NCBI RefSeq assembly: GCF_006345805.1
Contig: NC_042998.1
Coordinates: 51,584,001-51,648,000 of the forward strand
Length of the DNA: 64,000 nt
From: Octopus sinensis
Lineage: Eukaryota
Reading direction: 5' to 3'
Shown here one piece after another: positions 1-13,080 of the stretch. A program made the translations under genes and the position numbers. The notes beneath the pieces are model-generated. The model was not told the origin of the DNA. It saw only the letters and a list, made by a program, of their open reading frames with translations, and ran no database searches. Positions within the stretch are counted from its first letter, which is position 1. Every line of letters starts with the position of its first letter.

Positions 1-266
1 CAAGGGCGGAATACAAAATCTTGGGAGCATTTATCACAATGGAGGGTTGGTTGGGGCGAGAAAGTGCGAGTCGCTCTTTGCCTCTTCCACGTCTAATCTC
101 TACCTCTTGACGTACCTATGTTTAATATATCGTGAAAACTGTATATGTTTTATATAAGCTTAAAAGAGTCATATTTATGGGAAAACCTAAGTCATTTCAT
201 TTTTAGATTTGGTTTGCAAGAATTTTTATGTGAGTTCGTGTGTTGAAGCATATTTTGTTATGTCTA

Positions 267-446
267 GGAGAGTGATTCTCTTTTAGTGCCTTATTATTTA
301 ACACATTCACCGGTAAAGTTTCCACTCATTTACTTATTTATTTTTCGAAAATTTTCGAAAATTTTCGAAAAATAAATAAGTAAATGAGTGGAAACTTTAC
401 CGTTAAGTGTGTCAAATAATAAGGCACTAAAAGAGAATCACTCTCC
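267..446. repeat. Fold-back palindrome, about 90-bp arms, centred on three TTTTCGAAAA units
   Basis: GGAGAGTGATTCTCTTTTAGTGCC (from 267) mirrors GGCACTAAAAGAGAATCACTCTCC (to 446); the axis lies at 356/357. Confidence 0.9.
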
Positions 447-1696
447 CCTGACACAACAAACTAACAGTCATTGATGTACGAAATGAGATTATGAAATTCG
501 CAAATAATTTTTCACGACTTTATAGTATGGATTCGATCCCCCGTTTTGCCACAAAGAAATCACAATTCAATCATTCGCACAACTAAGATTTTATCCAATG
601 TACAGCCATTGTTCACGTATTAGTTCGATGGTCTAACTAGAACTTTCCGTTGAGCGTTGCCTACAAATATAGACAAGTTGAGCGCCAAAATTTCAGAGTG
701 ATTCGATTCGAGTTGGCGTTCACTCTATTCATAGCTGTTTTCACACTGCATATTCATCCTGGAACGATCGAAGAAGGAGACACACCACAGCACCATGAAT
801 CTGTATTGATGCGTAAAAATTAGCTCAATGTTGAATTTCTAACAAAGTCTTTCTGCACGTCATATACGTTGTTTTATCTGAATATTTGTTTCCCTTGTAT
901 TGTATGAACGCCTACCCTATACTTATAATGTGCGTGTACAAGTCGTGTGTAAAATATTTGGATGTGGTTATCTAAAAATAACCTATCGCAGAATTATTAT
1001 GTTTACACAGAACACACTCTATACTACTCGAACGTATTTACGATATTAAACTAACACACGTCTCACTGACACAGTAACCAATACGGTCCACCAACACTGT
1101 TACCTCCCTTGACAGTTCACACAGTTCTTATTTATTGAAATCTGTTGTCCACTTTCAGTCACGTGAGGGTGTTCCGGATCTTTCCACAACACCTATTAAT
1201 AAAACAAATAAATTATGTTCCATAACATAAAAAAAAATTTCTTGTTACAATCTCTACATCTGTTTCGCCACACATTCTTATGAAAATACGATGTAAATAA
1301 AACATCACTATTTTCACATTGTTATCTAATTTTCTTCTTGGTGGGTATCCATTACCCGTCTATATTCTGTGTATGGAAGTTGTCATCGTGTGGATCAACA
1401 AAATTAAGTGAATGTTTGACAACTTATGACAACTTAAGTTGCCGTGACCCAGACAGGGAGCCCAACCATTGGATATCAAATGTATTTTATGGAATTTTGG
1501 TATATCAACGTCAATTTATGCTTTTATCGCAAAATTCTTTCATTTTAGTATTTTACGACGGTAAACTGCACGTTAAACATGAAATAAATATCAGACTTAA
1601 AAAATAAGAAACCGAATCGATTTGCTCAATTAAACTCTTCAATGCGGTGCACCAGCATGATTGCGATTCAATAATTGAAACAAGTAAAATATAAAG

Positions 1697-1700
1697 ATGT

Positions 1701-1731
<31 letters not shown>

Positions 1732-1774
1732 CAACAGCAGCAGCAATAGTAGTAGTAGTAACAGCAGCAGCAGC

Positions 1775-1826
<52 letters not shown>

Positions 1827-1840
1827 ACAGCAGCAGCAGC

Positions 1841-1871
<31 letters not shown>

Positions 1872-1872
1872 A

Positions 1873-1919
<47 letters not shown>

Positions 1920-1930
1920 ACAGCAGCAGC

Positions 1931-2004
<74 letters not shown>

Positions 2005-2022
2005 TAGTAGTAACAGCAGCTA
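1697..2022. repeat. (AGT/AGC)n compound trinucleotide microsatellite
   Basis: Direct reading; it accounts for the poly-S and poly-Y/C pseudo-ORFs. Confidence 0.95.
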
Positions 2023-2294
2023 CAGTGTGAGGTCATGAAAAGTTTAGTAGTCAGCTATTTACAATCCATTCTAGTAACTCTGGTAAGTAATACAGAAAAT
2101 ACCACATACAATAGAAAACGCTTATTATAATCACTGTTACTGTTTTCAAACTGTTGTCATGAAACTTGATGACTCTAAATCACGCACAGGCCATTGTTAG
2201 ATCCTCTGCTTAATGTTATCAAAAACTTACTTTTATCTATAATTTCCACCCCAAAGAGATCACAATAAACGGCTTTCACTGCATTGCACTAAGC

Positions 2295-2543
2295 CATGGA
2301 TCGGGAACTTTTTTAACCAATTACCCCAAAATATATTTATTTACCCCGATATTTACACTATATTTATTTACCCCGGATGATTTGAAAGGAAGAAAATCAT
2401 AGATTCTTTAAATTCAAAAGGTTTCTTGAAAGAACAGGTTTTTTTTTTATATAATTTTACTCATGTCTAACGAGTCCTCATTACCCCCAAGAATTTCCTT
2501 TTTCCCCCGATTAGGGTAATTTACCCCGGTTTACCGACCCCTG
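2295..2543. mobile_element. hAT-type MITE with 8-bp TSD
   Basis: Ends CATGGATCGGGAAC ... TTACCGACCCCTG; TSD CACTAAGC at 2287-2294 and 2544-2551; internal TTACCCC repeats. Confidence 0.8.
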
Positions 2544-2725
2544 CACTAAGCAAATAACATACAAAAACAAATGAACAAGGACAAAATCACCAAAGACAAA
2601 AAAAAAAGTCACAGTTGTGACTAGGAGGAAAAGTGACAAGTAAAAACGTTACATTTTCTTCGAATCTATTAATATAAATAGCAGTGTGTCTCCTCTTTCT
2701 CTCTGTTTGTCCGTCTTTTTGATAT

Positions 2726-3262
2726 GCACATCAAAGACAACTGCTATACTACATTCAATGCCTGAAATTTGTAGAAATAATGATTAGACATATCACTATA
2801 TTTCATAGGAACACTTGAAGGTCGTTTAGTTAAGCTGAATACTGAATACTATTATACAGGAGTTATAACTACAAAATATAAATTGCATTCACATACATAT
2901 TTCTATGTATGTTTTATTAATTCATGAAATGATAGAGAGGAACATTTTATTTAATTAATTCGTTTCAATTCAATTTACTGCAAGGAATTAAGCACATCAA
3001 AGACAACTGCTATACTACATTCAATGCCTGAAATTTGTAGAAATAATGATTAGACATATCACTATATTTCATAGGAACACTTGAAGGTCGTTTAGTTAAG
3101 CTGAATACTGAATACTATTATACAGGAGTTATAACTACATCATATAAATTGCATTCACATACATATTTCTATGTATGTTTTATTAATTCATGAAATGATA
3201 GAGAGGAACATTTTATTTAATTAATTCGTTTCAATTCAATTTACTGCAAGGAATTAAGCACA
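2726..3262. repeat. 266-bp near-identical tandem duplication
   Basis: GCACATCAAAGACAACTG starts at 2726 and again at 2992; the copies differ at about 2 nt. Confidence 0.95.
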
Positions 3263-3680
3263 AAACTGAAAGTTTATCATCACCTTTGGATTTTTCGCAA
3301 GTACGACACACCAGCACAATGATATTAATTAAAGTAATTGAAGAAAAAAAAAGTCTTTAAGTTGGTTATTAACTGACAATAGAAGACGTGCACACAATAA
3401 CGAGAAATTTATATAATAGCACTACATCTATGTGAGAAAAGAGATCACGATTTACTCATTATCTGAAATAAAACAATGAAACTTTAAATCAGTCATTTAT
3501 TTATTGAAGTTTGCCTGCGACTTTTTTCTTCCCCGTGATTCCGAAAATAAACCTTGTGAACATAATGTAAAAATTCAGTGGAGAGACAAAACGTAAGTGA
3601 ATGAGAGAGAGAGAGAGAGAGAGAGGCAGACAGACAGAGAAACGAGATACTACACCATTTTAGTGAGAAGTTATGTTTGT

Positions 3681-3850
3681 AGGCGCAGGCATGGCTGTGT
3701 GATTAGGAGGTTCGCGTTTCGCAACCATGTAGTTTCATGTTCTATTCCACTTCGTGATACTTTGGTGAATATCTTCGACCAAGCCTAGCGCCACCTGGAC
3801 CAATGTGAGGTGAAATTTGGTAGACAGAAACTGTACGAAAACCTGTCATA
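3681..3850 (+). mobile_element. Old, degenerate tRNA-derived SINE (family B)
   Basis: AGGCGCAGGCATGGCTGTGTG head and TTTGGTAGACAGAAACTG body match the younger family B copies. Confidence 0.6.
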
Positions 3851-5271
3851 TAATATATATATATATATATGTATGTATAAACCATAAAGTTAAGTGGTAT
3901 GAGAGATGAATATATAATTTAAACACATGACCTCCATAGAGTTACAGCCGTTTCGCAACCTTAATGTAATATTAATTTCAGTATGGAAAAATTATGCACA
4001 CATCGTTGCATTGATAAATATGCTCAGTATTATGCGAATGTATATTCACAAATTAAAGCAAGTAAAGAAAGCTAGCTCATCAGATCACCAACAATTTAAC
4101 ACTGTGATAGTCGTATGATTCTCTGAATCCATATCTTATACTACTATACTACTCACACACACACACACACACAGAGCCAGAATGCATCTGGGAGCCCGCT
4201 AGAGGGAAGCACTGGGCAGATATAGTGTTTTTACATCTTTTGTCATAAGAGAGGATTTTTTTCTTTTCAGTAACTGCAGTGAATTTGCCTTCAGAAGTTA
4301 AAATATGTCCCAAACATATTTGAACTAACTTAAGGTTCACACACACACACACACACACACACATTTACATATATATATTCGATCTATCAATCAGACCCTA
4401 CAGTCTTTAAAATGACACATTCAAAGAAAAAAAATAATAATCTATAGCCATAACATTGTGAATCATTTACAAATGAATATCAGTAGACACTCAAATAGCT
4501 CAAATCTTTTACTCATCACTCAATATTGCTTTGTTGCACATTTTGAATTCAGCACTCGATTTGGCTTTACCACACCCTTTGAACGCAGAAAGCAGATACA
4601 TCCGCTAAAAATTTTATTACCATTAAGTATGGAAAGCCGTTTTGCCCCCCCCCCCCCACGACTTTGAAAACAAAAACTTCTCTTTGTGCTGCGGCGAAAA
4701 GGGGAGAAACAATCCCTGTGATAATTTTTACAAAAGACAATTTTTCAGATTTTTTAACCCCGTCTCCACCGCCACTTATTTCATTAAATATCTCTTTACA
4801 GAGTAAAACTCAAATACTTTTGGTGGTGAATATGGAAACTGTACCAACAAGAGATAACGAAAAATTGTTGTAGAAGCAGAAAATATCAATGCTAATTTTT
4901 GGTAGATAATTATCCTCATTACGGAAATGACTATAAAATTTAATTGTGTAGCCAAAGGGTTGTTGTTGTTCTCGTTTTGCAAAGGAATACGAAACGCGGA
5001 CAAGAACAAAAATATTAACCAGTAAAAGCCGGCGAGTTTACAGCTCGGCACCTGAAGAGGTAAGTCTATGCCGTGAATCAGCGTCGTGGAGCGCTGAATG
5101 AGATGACTCTGTTAAACTACTTGACGGATTGATTTGATCCGAATCTCTAAGTAGATAGGAACAAGTGTGAAGTTATGAGCAGGGTGCCTAGTGGCTGAGT
5201 GGAAGCTATCCTTGAAATATTAGACAGCGGTGGCGAATGCGCATATCGCCCCCAATATTTATTAACACCTA

Positions 5272-5496
5272 AGGCGGTGAGCTGGCAGAATCGTTAGCAC
5301 GCCGGGCAAATTGCTTTGTAGTATTTTGTCCGTCTTCACGTTCTGAGTTCAAATTCCGCAGAGGACGACTTTACCTTTCATCCTTTCGGGGTCGATTAAA
5401 TAAGTACCAGAGAAATACTGGGGCGGGGGGCGATGTGATCGACTTAATCCCTTCCCCCAAATTTGAGGCCTTGTGCTTCCAGTAGAAAGGATTATT
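5272..5496 (+). mobile_element. tRNA-derived SINE family A (octopus OK/OR-type)
   Basis: GGCGGTGAGCTGGCAGAATCGTTAGC head, GAGTTCAAATTCC B-box, GGGGTCGATTAAATAAGTACCAG body. Confidence 0.85.
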
Positions 5497-5976
5497 TATT
5501 ATCACCTTACATTCGTACCTAGCACTAGTTTTCATTTGCTCTAACTAGGACAACTGTTCTTTCGCTTCTTGACGCGACCCATTGACCAGACAGTGACCGT
5601 CTATCAACTCTCAACACTGTGTTAAAATATAAATCAGTGACTATCAAAACTGATCTTATTCAGAAATTTTACAATACCGCTCTAAAGTGCCACAGACGTT
5701 GTCACACTTTAGTTTGCATAATTTTTGAATAGTAAATTGAATAGCAAACGAGTTGATGGACAGCTGCTTGCTGGCTGGTACGATATATTTTATTTCCAGA
5801 TAAATTTCAAAATTTCAGTTTGCTGAACAAGCAATTACGAGAAAGCAGTAATTATATACCTTGAGAGAGCGTGTTACTGTTTTCATTTCAAGGCTATTCA
5901 AAATTAATATGGGACATGTCTGGCTACCATTGACTGTGAACTGTAAAACAACGTGTGAGTGTGTGTGTGTGTGTGT

Positions 5977-6199
5977 ATTCTTTTATTCTTTTGTTCTTTT
6001 ACTTGTTTCAGTCATTTGACTGCGGCCATGCTGGAGCATTGCATTAAGGGGTTTTAGACGAACAAATCAACCTCAGGACTTTTTAAAAGCCTAGTACTTA
6101 TTCTATCAGTAATTTTTGCTGAACCGTTAAGTTACGGGGACGTAAACACACCAACACCGATTGTCAAGCGGTGATGGAGGACAAACGCAGACTCAAACA

Positions 6200-6233
<34 letters not shown>

Positions 6234-6408
6234 ACACACACACATACGACGGGCTTCTTTCAGTTTCCGTCTACCAAATCCACTCACAAAGCCTTGGTCG
6301 ACCCGAAGCTATAGTAGAAGACACTTGCCCAAGGTGCCAAGCAGTGGGACTGAACTCGGAACCATGTAGTTTGAAAGTAAGCTTCTTACTACACAGCCAC
6401 ACCTGCAC
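5977..6408 (-). mobile_element. tRNA-derived SINE family B (CORE-like box, internal microsatellite)
   Basis: Reverse complement of the family B head, CCTTGGGCAAGTG box, internal (CA)n and GACTGAAACAAGTAAAAGA tail. Confidence 0.85.
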
Positions 6409-6524
6409 TCATGTTGAAATTTTGAGTAGAATGATTCAAAAGTCCGATTCAGTTATTTACTAGTAATGATGATCAGATGGTGGATGCGTTTGAGAAAAAT
6501 ACACCTGAAGACGGTTTTAAATTA

Positions 6525-6976
<452 letters not shown>

Positions 6977-7241
6977 ATAGGAAAACATCAACGATCTATC
7001 GAGTGGTGATATAGCTCAAAATAGACACAAACACGATAATGAATTTATGGAAAAGTAGTGAAACTTCTTAACGTTCCTACTTTTTTTGAGAGGAAGTAAA
7101 ATTGTGTGTTATTCTTTAACCTCACGTCTTATCTATTTGAATTTTGCTTTAGCCGGATCACTTACCAACTAGTGAATGCTCGCAAACATTTTGCTCTTGG
7201 AGGAGAGATGATCTTGTCGCCCACAACACTATTATAATATA

Positions 7242-7634
7242 CTAGTAGTATCGCCCGGCGTTGCTCGGGTTTGTTTCGACCCTTTAGAATTGGAATTTTT
7301 GAAAAGTAAAAATTTTGCATTATGTAGCTTGTTATTCTCTTCAAGTGAACATTTTTCTGGTTGAAATACACCGAAAAATGGCGACACAGCAGTTAGAAAA
7401 TCGTGAAAAATAGGGATCTTCATAGCAAAAAAGCACCTTTTTTATGTAAATAATTTTCGGTGTTAACATGGTCCGATTTGAATTTTTTTCTTCTACGGAA
7501 GGAAGAGCAAGCCTTTTTCTATCATACTCTCAATTTTGGTCAACTTACGCCGCAGGGTCTCGGAAGAGATAGTGTTAGTTGAAGGCTACCAAACCTGCCA
7601 TACACAGACAACTTCAGCTTTGTATAGAGAGAGA
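7242..7634 (-). mobile_element. Non-autonomous Helitron
   Basis: On the minus strand: 5' TC, 3' CTAG, subterminal CCCGAGCAACGCCGGG hairpin, inserted at A|T; homologous to 24083-24473. Confidence 0.8.
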
Positions 7635-7907
7635 TTAAAAACTTGCAACAGACACAATGCTTACAATGAATAAAATGCCGCTCATCTTTTATGTTTCCTT
7701 TTAGCTTTTATTTATTTACACTGGACTGCGGTCACGTTGGGGCATCTCTTTGAACAGTTTTATTCGAACATATGATATTTATTCTATCGTTCTCTTTTTG
7801 CTGAACCGCTACATAAAAATGTACTTAAACCGACACTGGTTGTCAAGTTAATATATACACATATATTATATTTATATATATATATATATCTACATACATA
7901 ATACATA

Positions 7908-8128
7908 TGCGAGGAGGCGCTGAAAAGTTCCTGGCCTTTAGGGTGTCACGAAAGGCCCGGTTGGAGGCCCAAACTTCCGGGTTCTTTTACAGGGCTTAAA
8001 AAAACTGAAGGGCCGCTGCAATAAGTGTGTGGAACTAAGAGGGAAATATGTCGAATAAAATCATAATTAGCAGATCCTTCTGTATTTTCTTGTACCCAAC
8101 GCCAGGAACTTTTCAGGACTCCTTATAT
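7908..8128 (+). mobile_element. Mariner-derived MITE
   Basis: About 28-bp TIRs (GCTGAAAAGTTCCTGGC / GCCAGGAACTTTTCAG); the interior encodes a mariner-like C-terminus, GRCNKCVELRGKYVE*. Confidence 0.75.
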
Positions 8129-8298
8129 GTGTATATGTATATATTCTGCTTATTTCTGTGTTCCTTTCTGTCGAAAGCGTAGGCTCGAAGCGTAAAGGAC
8201 TTTCTCACTTCCCGAGCGTTAAACTAATACATCTGTTTGTTGTCTACACATCCGTCTTCGTCTTTTGTTTTGTTTATGTTTTTTTGTAAATTCCAACT

Positions 8299-8522
8299 AG
8301 GCGCAGGAGTGGCTGTGTGGTAAGTAACTTGCTTACGAACCAGATGGTTCCGAGTTCAGCCCCACTGCGTGGCACCTTGGGCAAGATTCTTCTACTATAG
8401 CCTTAGGCCGACCAAAGCCTTGTGGGTGGATTTGGTAGACGAAAACTGAAAGAAGCCCGTCGTATGTATGTATGTATGTATGTATGTATGTATGTATGTA
8501 TGTATGTATGTATGTATGTATG

Positions 8523-8556
<34 letters not shown>

Positions 8557-8775
8557 TGTGTTTGTGTTTGTGTGTTTGTGTTTGAGCCCCCAACATCGCT
8601 TGACAACCGATGCTGGTGTGTTTATTCCTCGTAACTTAGCAGTTCGGCAAAAGAGAACGATAGAATAAGTACTAGGCTTACAAAGAATAAGTCCTGGGAT
8701 CGATTTGCTCGACTAAAGGCGGTGCTCCAGCATGGCCACAGTCACATGACTGAAACAAATAAAAGAGTAAAAGAG
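8299..8775 (+). mobile_element. tRNA-derived SINE family B, full length
   Basis: AGGCGCAGGAGTGGCTGTGTGG head, CCTTGGGCAAG box, internal (TATG)n, AAAAGAGT tail repeats. Confidence 0.9.
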
Positions 8776-8814
8776 TATATATACATGCGCCTGCGCGACA
8801 GGCTTCTTTCTGTT

Positions 8815-9023
8815 TCTTATTTCTTTACTGCTCACAAGGGGCTACACACGGATTAAGTCGATTATATCGACCCCAGTGCGTAACTGGTACTTATTTAATC
8901 GACCCCGAAGGGATAAAAGGCAAAGTTGACCTCGGCTGAATTTGAACTCAGAACGTAGCGGCAGAGGAAATACCGCTACGCATTTCGCCCGGCGTGCTAA
9001 CGTTTCTGCCAGCTCACCGCCTT
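8815..9023 (-). mobile_element. SINE family A
   Basis: Reverse complement of the family A sequence, ending CTGCCAGCTCACCGCCTT. Confidence 0.85.
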
Positions 9024-9571
9024 TAAGAAAGGCTTCTTTCTGTTTCTGCCTACCAAACATATTTGCAAGGCTTTAGTCAGCGTGAAGATATTTTATTTTA
9101 TATTTCTATAATATCATGTATTTTGTGTTTATAAGAGCAGGTTATAGCCAAAAAAAAAGGGAAAAAATGGTTGAGAACCACTGATCTATGAAGATGGTAC
9201 CTGTAAGACATAAGAGGAAATGTAAAATTAAATCCCGCTGTGTGGGATGCTTGATCTAATTTGTTGAATGAACCATCAACCTAACACGTGTATTGACAGC
9301 GTCCGTAGAATTCTCCAATGCGCATGCGGATTCTTTTGCTGTTGTTTTTGTTTTATGGAGGCATTTGTAAGGTATTTATAAGAAGTGTGTCTGTAGTACG
9401 TGTGCATGAAAGGAAAGTTGTAAGTGAATAAGCGTGCATGAATGAATGAATGAATTAATTAATGTATTAATTTAATAAATTAATTAATTAATGAGAGCAA
9501 AAGAAAGAAAGAACGAGACGCGACAAAAAAATGAACGAGACAAAAAGAAAGAAAAGAAGGAAGGAAGGAAG

Positions 9572-9621
<50 letters not shown>

Positions 9622-9624
9622 ACG

Positions 9625-10334
9625 GGATCTAGTTGGTTTGGCTGCCAACATCATTTTCTGTTCGAATTAATTTCATATTCAATGATACACTTTTATAGGC
9701 TAATGAATGACGTGAAAAATTTTTTTCGTTATAAATCAATAAATAAAGTGTTAGTAGCAATTAAAGTTTGAAAATTTTGGGTAATTTCAGCCAGTCGTAA
9801 GCTACAGACGCATTCATGCCTATTTCCATCGTAACAAACGAAACATGAGAACCCTTTTGTCTGCGAGAAAGCACGAGGGTTGACAAATATATTCTACGCG
9901 ATGCTACGTGCGTTAACACCGTGTTCTGTTGCTTGTACCCTGATATGCTAAAAATAACAGCTAGATAGGCCTTGAATCACGCCCCTCCCCCATTTAATTT
10001 TTTTGCATAATCGCATGAATTCCCGTGTGTAGAGCACGAATCCGCAAAAATTGTCGTACGTTAAGCAGAATTTGATTTGTTTGCAGTTTCATATAAAGAT
10101 ACGTGCTATTTTCAGAATGTTGACAGCACGTGCAGTCACGCAGAAAATGACAGCTTCCAAATACTGTTTCTTGACTGGGTGAAAATGATCAAACTTTAAA
10201 CCTCTATAAGTGTTTAAAACATTTTTCTGGAAAAAAGGAAATAACTCCAGCAATTCAGCTTGGAAAAGCATATTAATGTGCCAAATTTGTAAAATTTAAT
10301 TTTTGAAATGCTGGCAGCCAAACCAACTAGATCC
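9625..10334. mobile_element. Non-autonomous TIR element with GGATC termini
   Basis: TIR GGATCTAGTTGGTTTGGCTGCCA / TGGCAGCCAAACCAACTAGATCC; it sits in GAAA-rich low-complexity DNA. Confidence 0.8.
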
Positions 10335-11054
10335 AAAAAAAAAAAGAAAAAGGGAAAAAAGAAAGAAAGGAAAGAAGAAAAGAAGGAAGACAAAAGAAAG
10401 ATAAAAGAAAGAAGGAAGGAAGAAAAGAAGGAAAAAGTAAGTAAGTAAAGAACGAAAAAAGAAAAGAAAGGAAGGAAGTACAAAAGATAAAAGAGTAAAT
10501 TAAAAAAGAAATAATACTAGAATTGACAGCGAACACCCATGTAGATTGACGGAAACTTATCTAAAGAGAAAGAGAGAAAGAGATAGATAGATAGATAGAC
10601 AGAGAAAGAGGGGGGTACATAGAACAAAAACTGGTCCTAACGAAACATTTTATCTTGAGGAAAAAAGTTGACCTATTTTCAAGCTCTACCCTTCCCCAGC
10701 TACACCGTCATCCCCACAACCACGTGCCATCCGCTTGTAAACAACGGGAACACAATTTAAAGGTTTCGCATGTTTTGAGCGAAACCGTATTAATCGGCCA
10801 ACCTCTTCTCAACAATAGCCATCCTTGAATTATCGCGTGTCCTAGCCCTAGGAAATCGTTCACCCGGTAAACTAGAGCCAATATACTGCAAGTGAGGAGT
10901 CTTTTGTGTGCAATCTCCCTACTGTTTGTATTTAACCTTTTCAGTTGCCAGCAGGTTGTTTCTGATGGCGACATCTCAAGCAGATGTCTGGTTGAATGAT
11001 ACAACTCTCTAAGCAAATCGTCAAGTTAGTCTAAAAATCGGATAAATGCAATTA

Positions 11055-11093
<39 letters not shown>

Positions 11094-11205
11094 CTATATA
11101 TATATATCACAAATAAGGGTGAAAAATTGGATATTAATTTAATAATACCATCAATTTAACGCCAAGTGGCTTAGCGCATAAAAACCAGGGATACAATAAA
11201 AAATT

Positions 11206-11290
11206 TATACACAATATAAGAGTGACCACTATATGGTCAACTCTAGCGCTAGAGTCGACCATATAGTGGTCACTCTCTTATATTTGTATA
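11206..11290. repeat. Fold-back hairpin ending a (TA)n-flanked island
   Basis: AGTGACCACTATATGGTCAACTCTAGC|GCTAGAGTCGACCATATAGTGGTCACT. Confidence 0.9.
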
Positions 11291-11395
11291 TATATATATA
11301 TATATATAATGAAGGGTGAAATTAATAATTTGGAAAAATTATCATTACACCAAGTAGTCTCGGCATGTAAAGCCTATTCGAGGAAAATTTAAGTA

Positions 11396-11724
11396 ATACT
11401 AAGCAATAGGGTTAGCAACGAGTTGCCTTACCACATACCGATTTAGAAATAGCAGTCAAAGGGTTATAGCTATTTCTTTACTAAAAAGGGAGATCTCAGT
11501 AAAAACAGCATTTGGAAGGCAGACACAAACAGGTAAGAGAGAATGAATTACTGCAATCTATCATACATTTGCAGTCAATTCATCTCTTACCTGTTTGTGT
11601 CTGCCTTCCAAATGCTGTTTTTACTGAGATCTCTTTTTAGTAGTAGAAGAAATAGCTATAACCTTTGACTGCATTCTAAATTCGGTATGTGGTAAGGAAC
11701 TCGTTGCTAAACCCTTATTGCTTA

Positions 11725-11728
<4 letters not shown>
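11396..11728. repeat. Imperfect fold-back, about 155-bp arms, (TA)n-flanked
   Basis: ATACTAAGCAATAGGGTTAGCAACGAG mirrors CTCGTTGCTAAACCCTTATTGCTTAGTAT; the loop is near 11551-11574. Confidence 0.9.
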
Positions 11729-11760
<32 letters not shown>

Positions 11761-12269
11761 CATACACATATATAATTTTTAAGACGGTGCTCTAGCATGC
11801 CCAGTCAAATAAGTGAAACAAGTAAAAGAATAAAAGAATGTGTTTGTGTGTGTTTGTGTATGTGTGTGTGTGCGCGTGCACGCGCGTCTTATGTATGTCT
11901 ATTAATATATGCCTAAAGGTTAATTTGTAATGGATATTAAGGTATATTATATGGCTAAAATTGTTGCGAAATAAAGTACAACACTTAGATAAAGCATTAG
12001 GCTTATCTCACGCAGACGAGGGAACCAAACGTGGCCACGTTATCTGCTATAGATAACAGTTAAATCTCCCCCAAATTACATCTTATACACATATAGAAAT
12101 ATATTGGAGTCTGACGAGCCATCTATAAGGCTAAGCGCTTTATACGGACATATACTCTTTTACTCTTTTACTTGTTTCAGTCATTTCACTGTGGTCATGC
12201 AGGAGCACTGCCCTCAGTCGAACGTTTAGATTGTGCTTCTTTTTCGGATATATTAATCCTCTGACAATA

Positions 12270-13080
12270 TACGATTAATAAGAAACCGGAATTTTGCAAT
12301 ATTATTTCATTCACTTAGTTTTACATGTTTACTCTTTTATCGCCTTCAAAATATTCTCCATTTGAAGCAATGCATTGGTCCGGGCCTGTTTTCCACTGTT
12401 CGGAACAGTCCTGGAATTCTTGCGAAGTGATGCCTTTTAATGCCTCTGTCGTTTTCCCCTTCACCTCTTCTACATCTGCCAATTCCGTAATACTAGCTTT
12501 CGTCAGCAGTGATGACCTTCGAAAAAGGGTTCGAATCAACTTCCAACTGTTCTTTAAGTTCACGACATGCATTCACTCGTCACTGTTTTTGATGTTCCAT
12601 GAGCAAGCGAGGCACAAATTTTGCAGTAACTCATTTCACTCGCAATTACTCGCTCAGAACTCGTTGGCAGGAGCTCCAGGACACACTAATCATATCAACA
12701 AGTTCGTCAGTTGTTCAGCGACGGTCCTCCACGATAACCTTATGAATTTTCATGTTTTCATTCGCTCGGAAGGTCTACGGCCGTCCTAAATGACAAGTGA
12801 CCATTCCTAAAGCGTGGAAACCACTCATAAACTTATGTTTTGTTCTTGGCAGCGTCCTTGTAAGCTGTTTGAAGCATAACAACTGTTTCGGCCGCCGTTT
12901 TCCTCGGCAGAAAACAAGAATTTCACGGAAGCACGCTGTTCTTTCGTTTCAGCCATCGCAAAAATCGACGAACAGGGGAGAAGCACTGCAAAACATAGAC
13001 ACACCACGTGACAGTACGACTCCATCCGGCGATGCTGGTCGGCAGATTGATGCCTGAGGGTCGCATCATGTAGTTTCAAG
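12270..13080 (-). mobile_element. Internally deleted, degenerate mariner transposon
   Basis: N-terminus MAETKEQRASVKF; AKFVPRLL (WVPHEL equivalent); KVITADES (first catalytic D) joined directly to the C-terminal ...CIASNGEYFEGD; several stops. Confidence 0.85.

Noticed and set aside
1668-2038. Poly-Ser and poly-Cys/Tyr ORFs
   Set aside because: They are translations of an (AGT/AGC)n microsatellite.
10708-11016. 102-aa ORF
   Set aside because: No recognisable domain or splice support.
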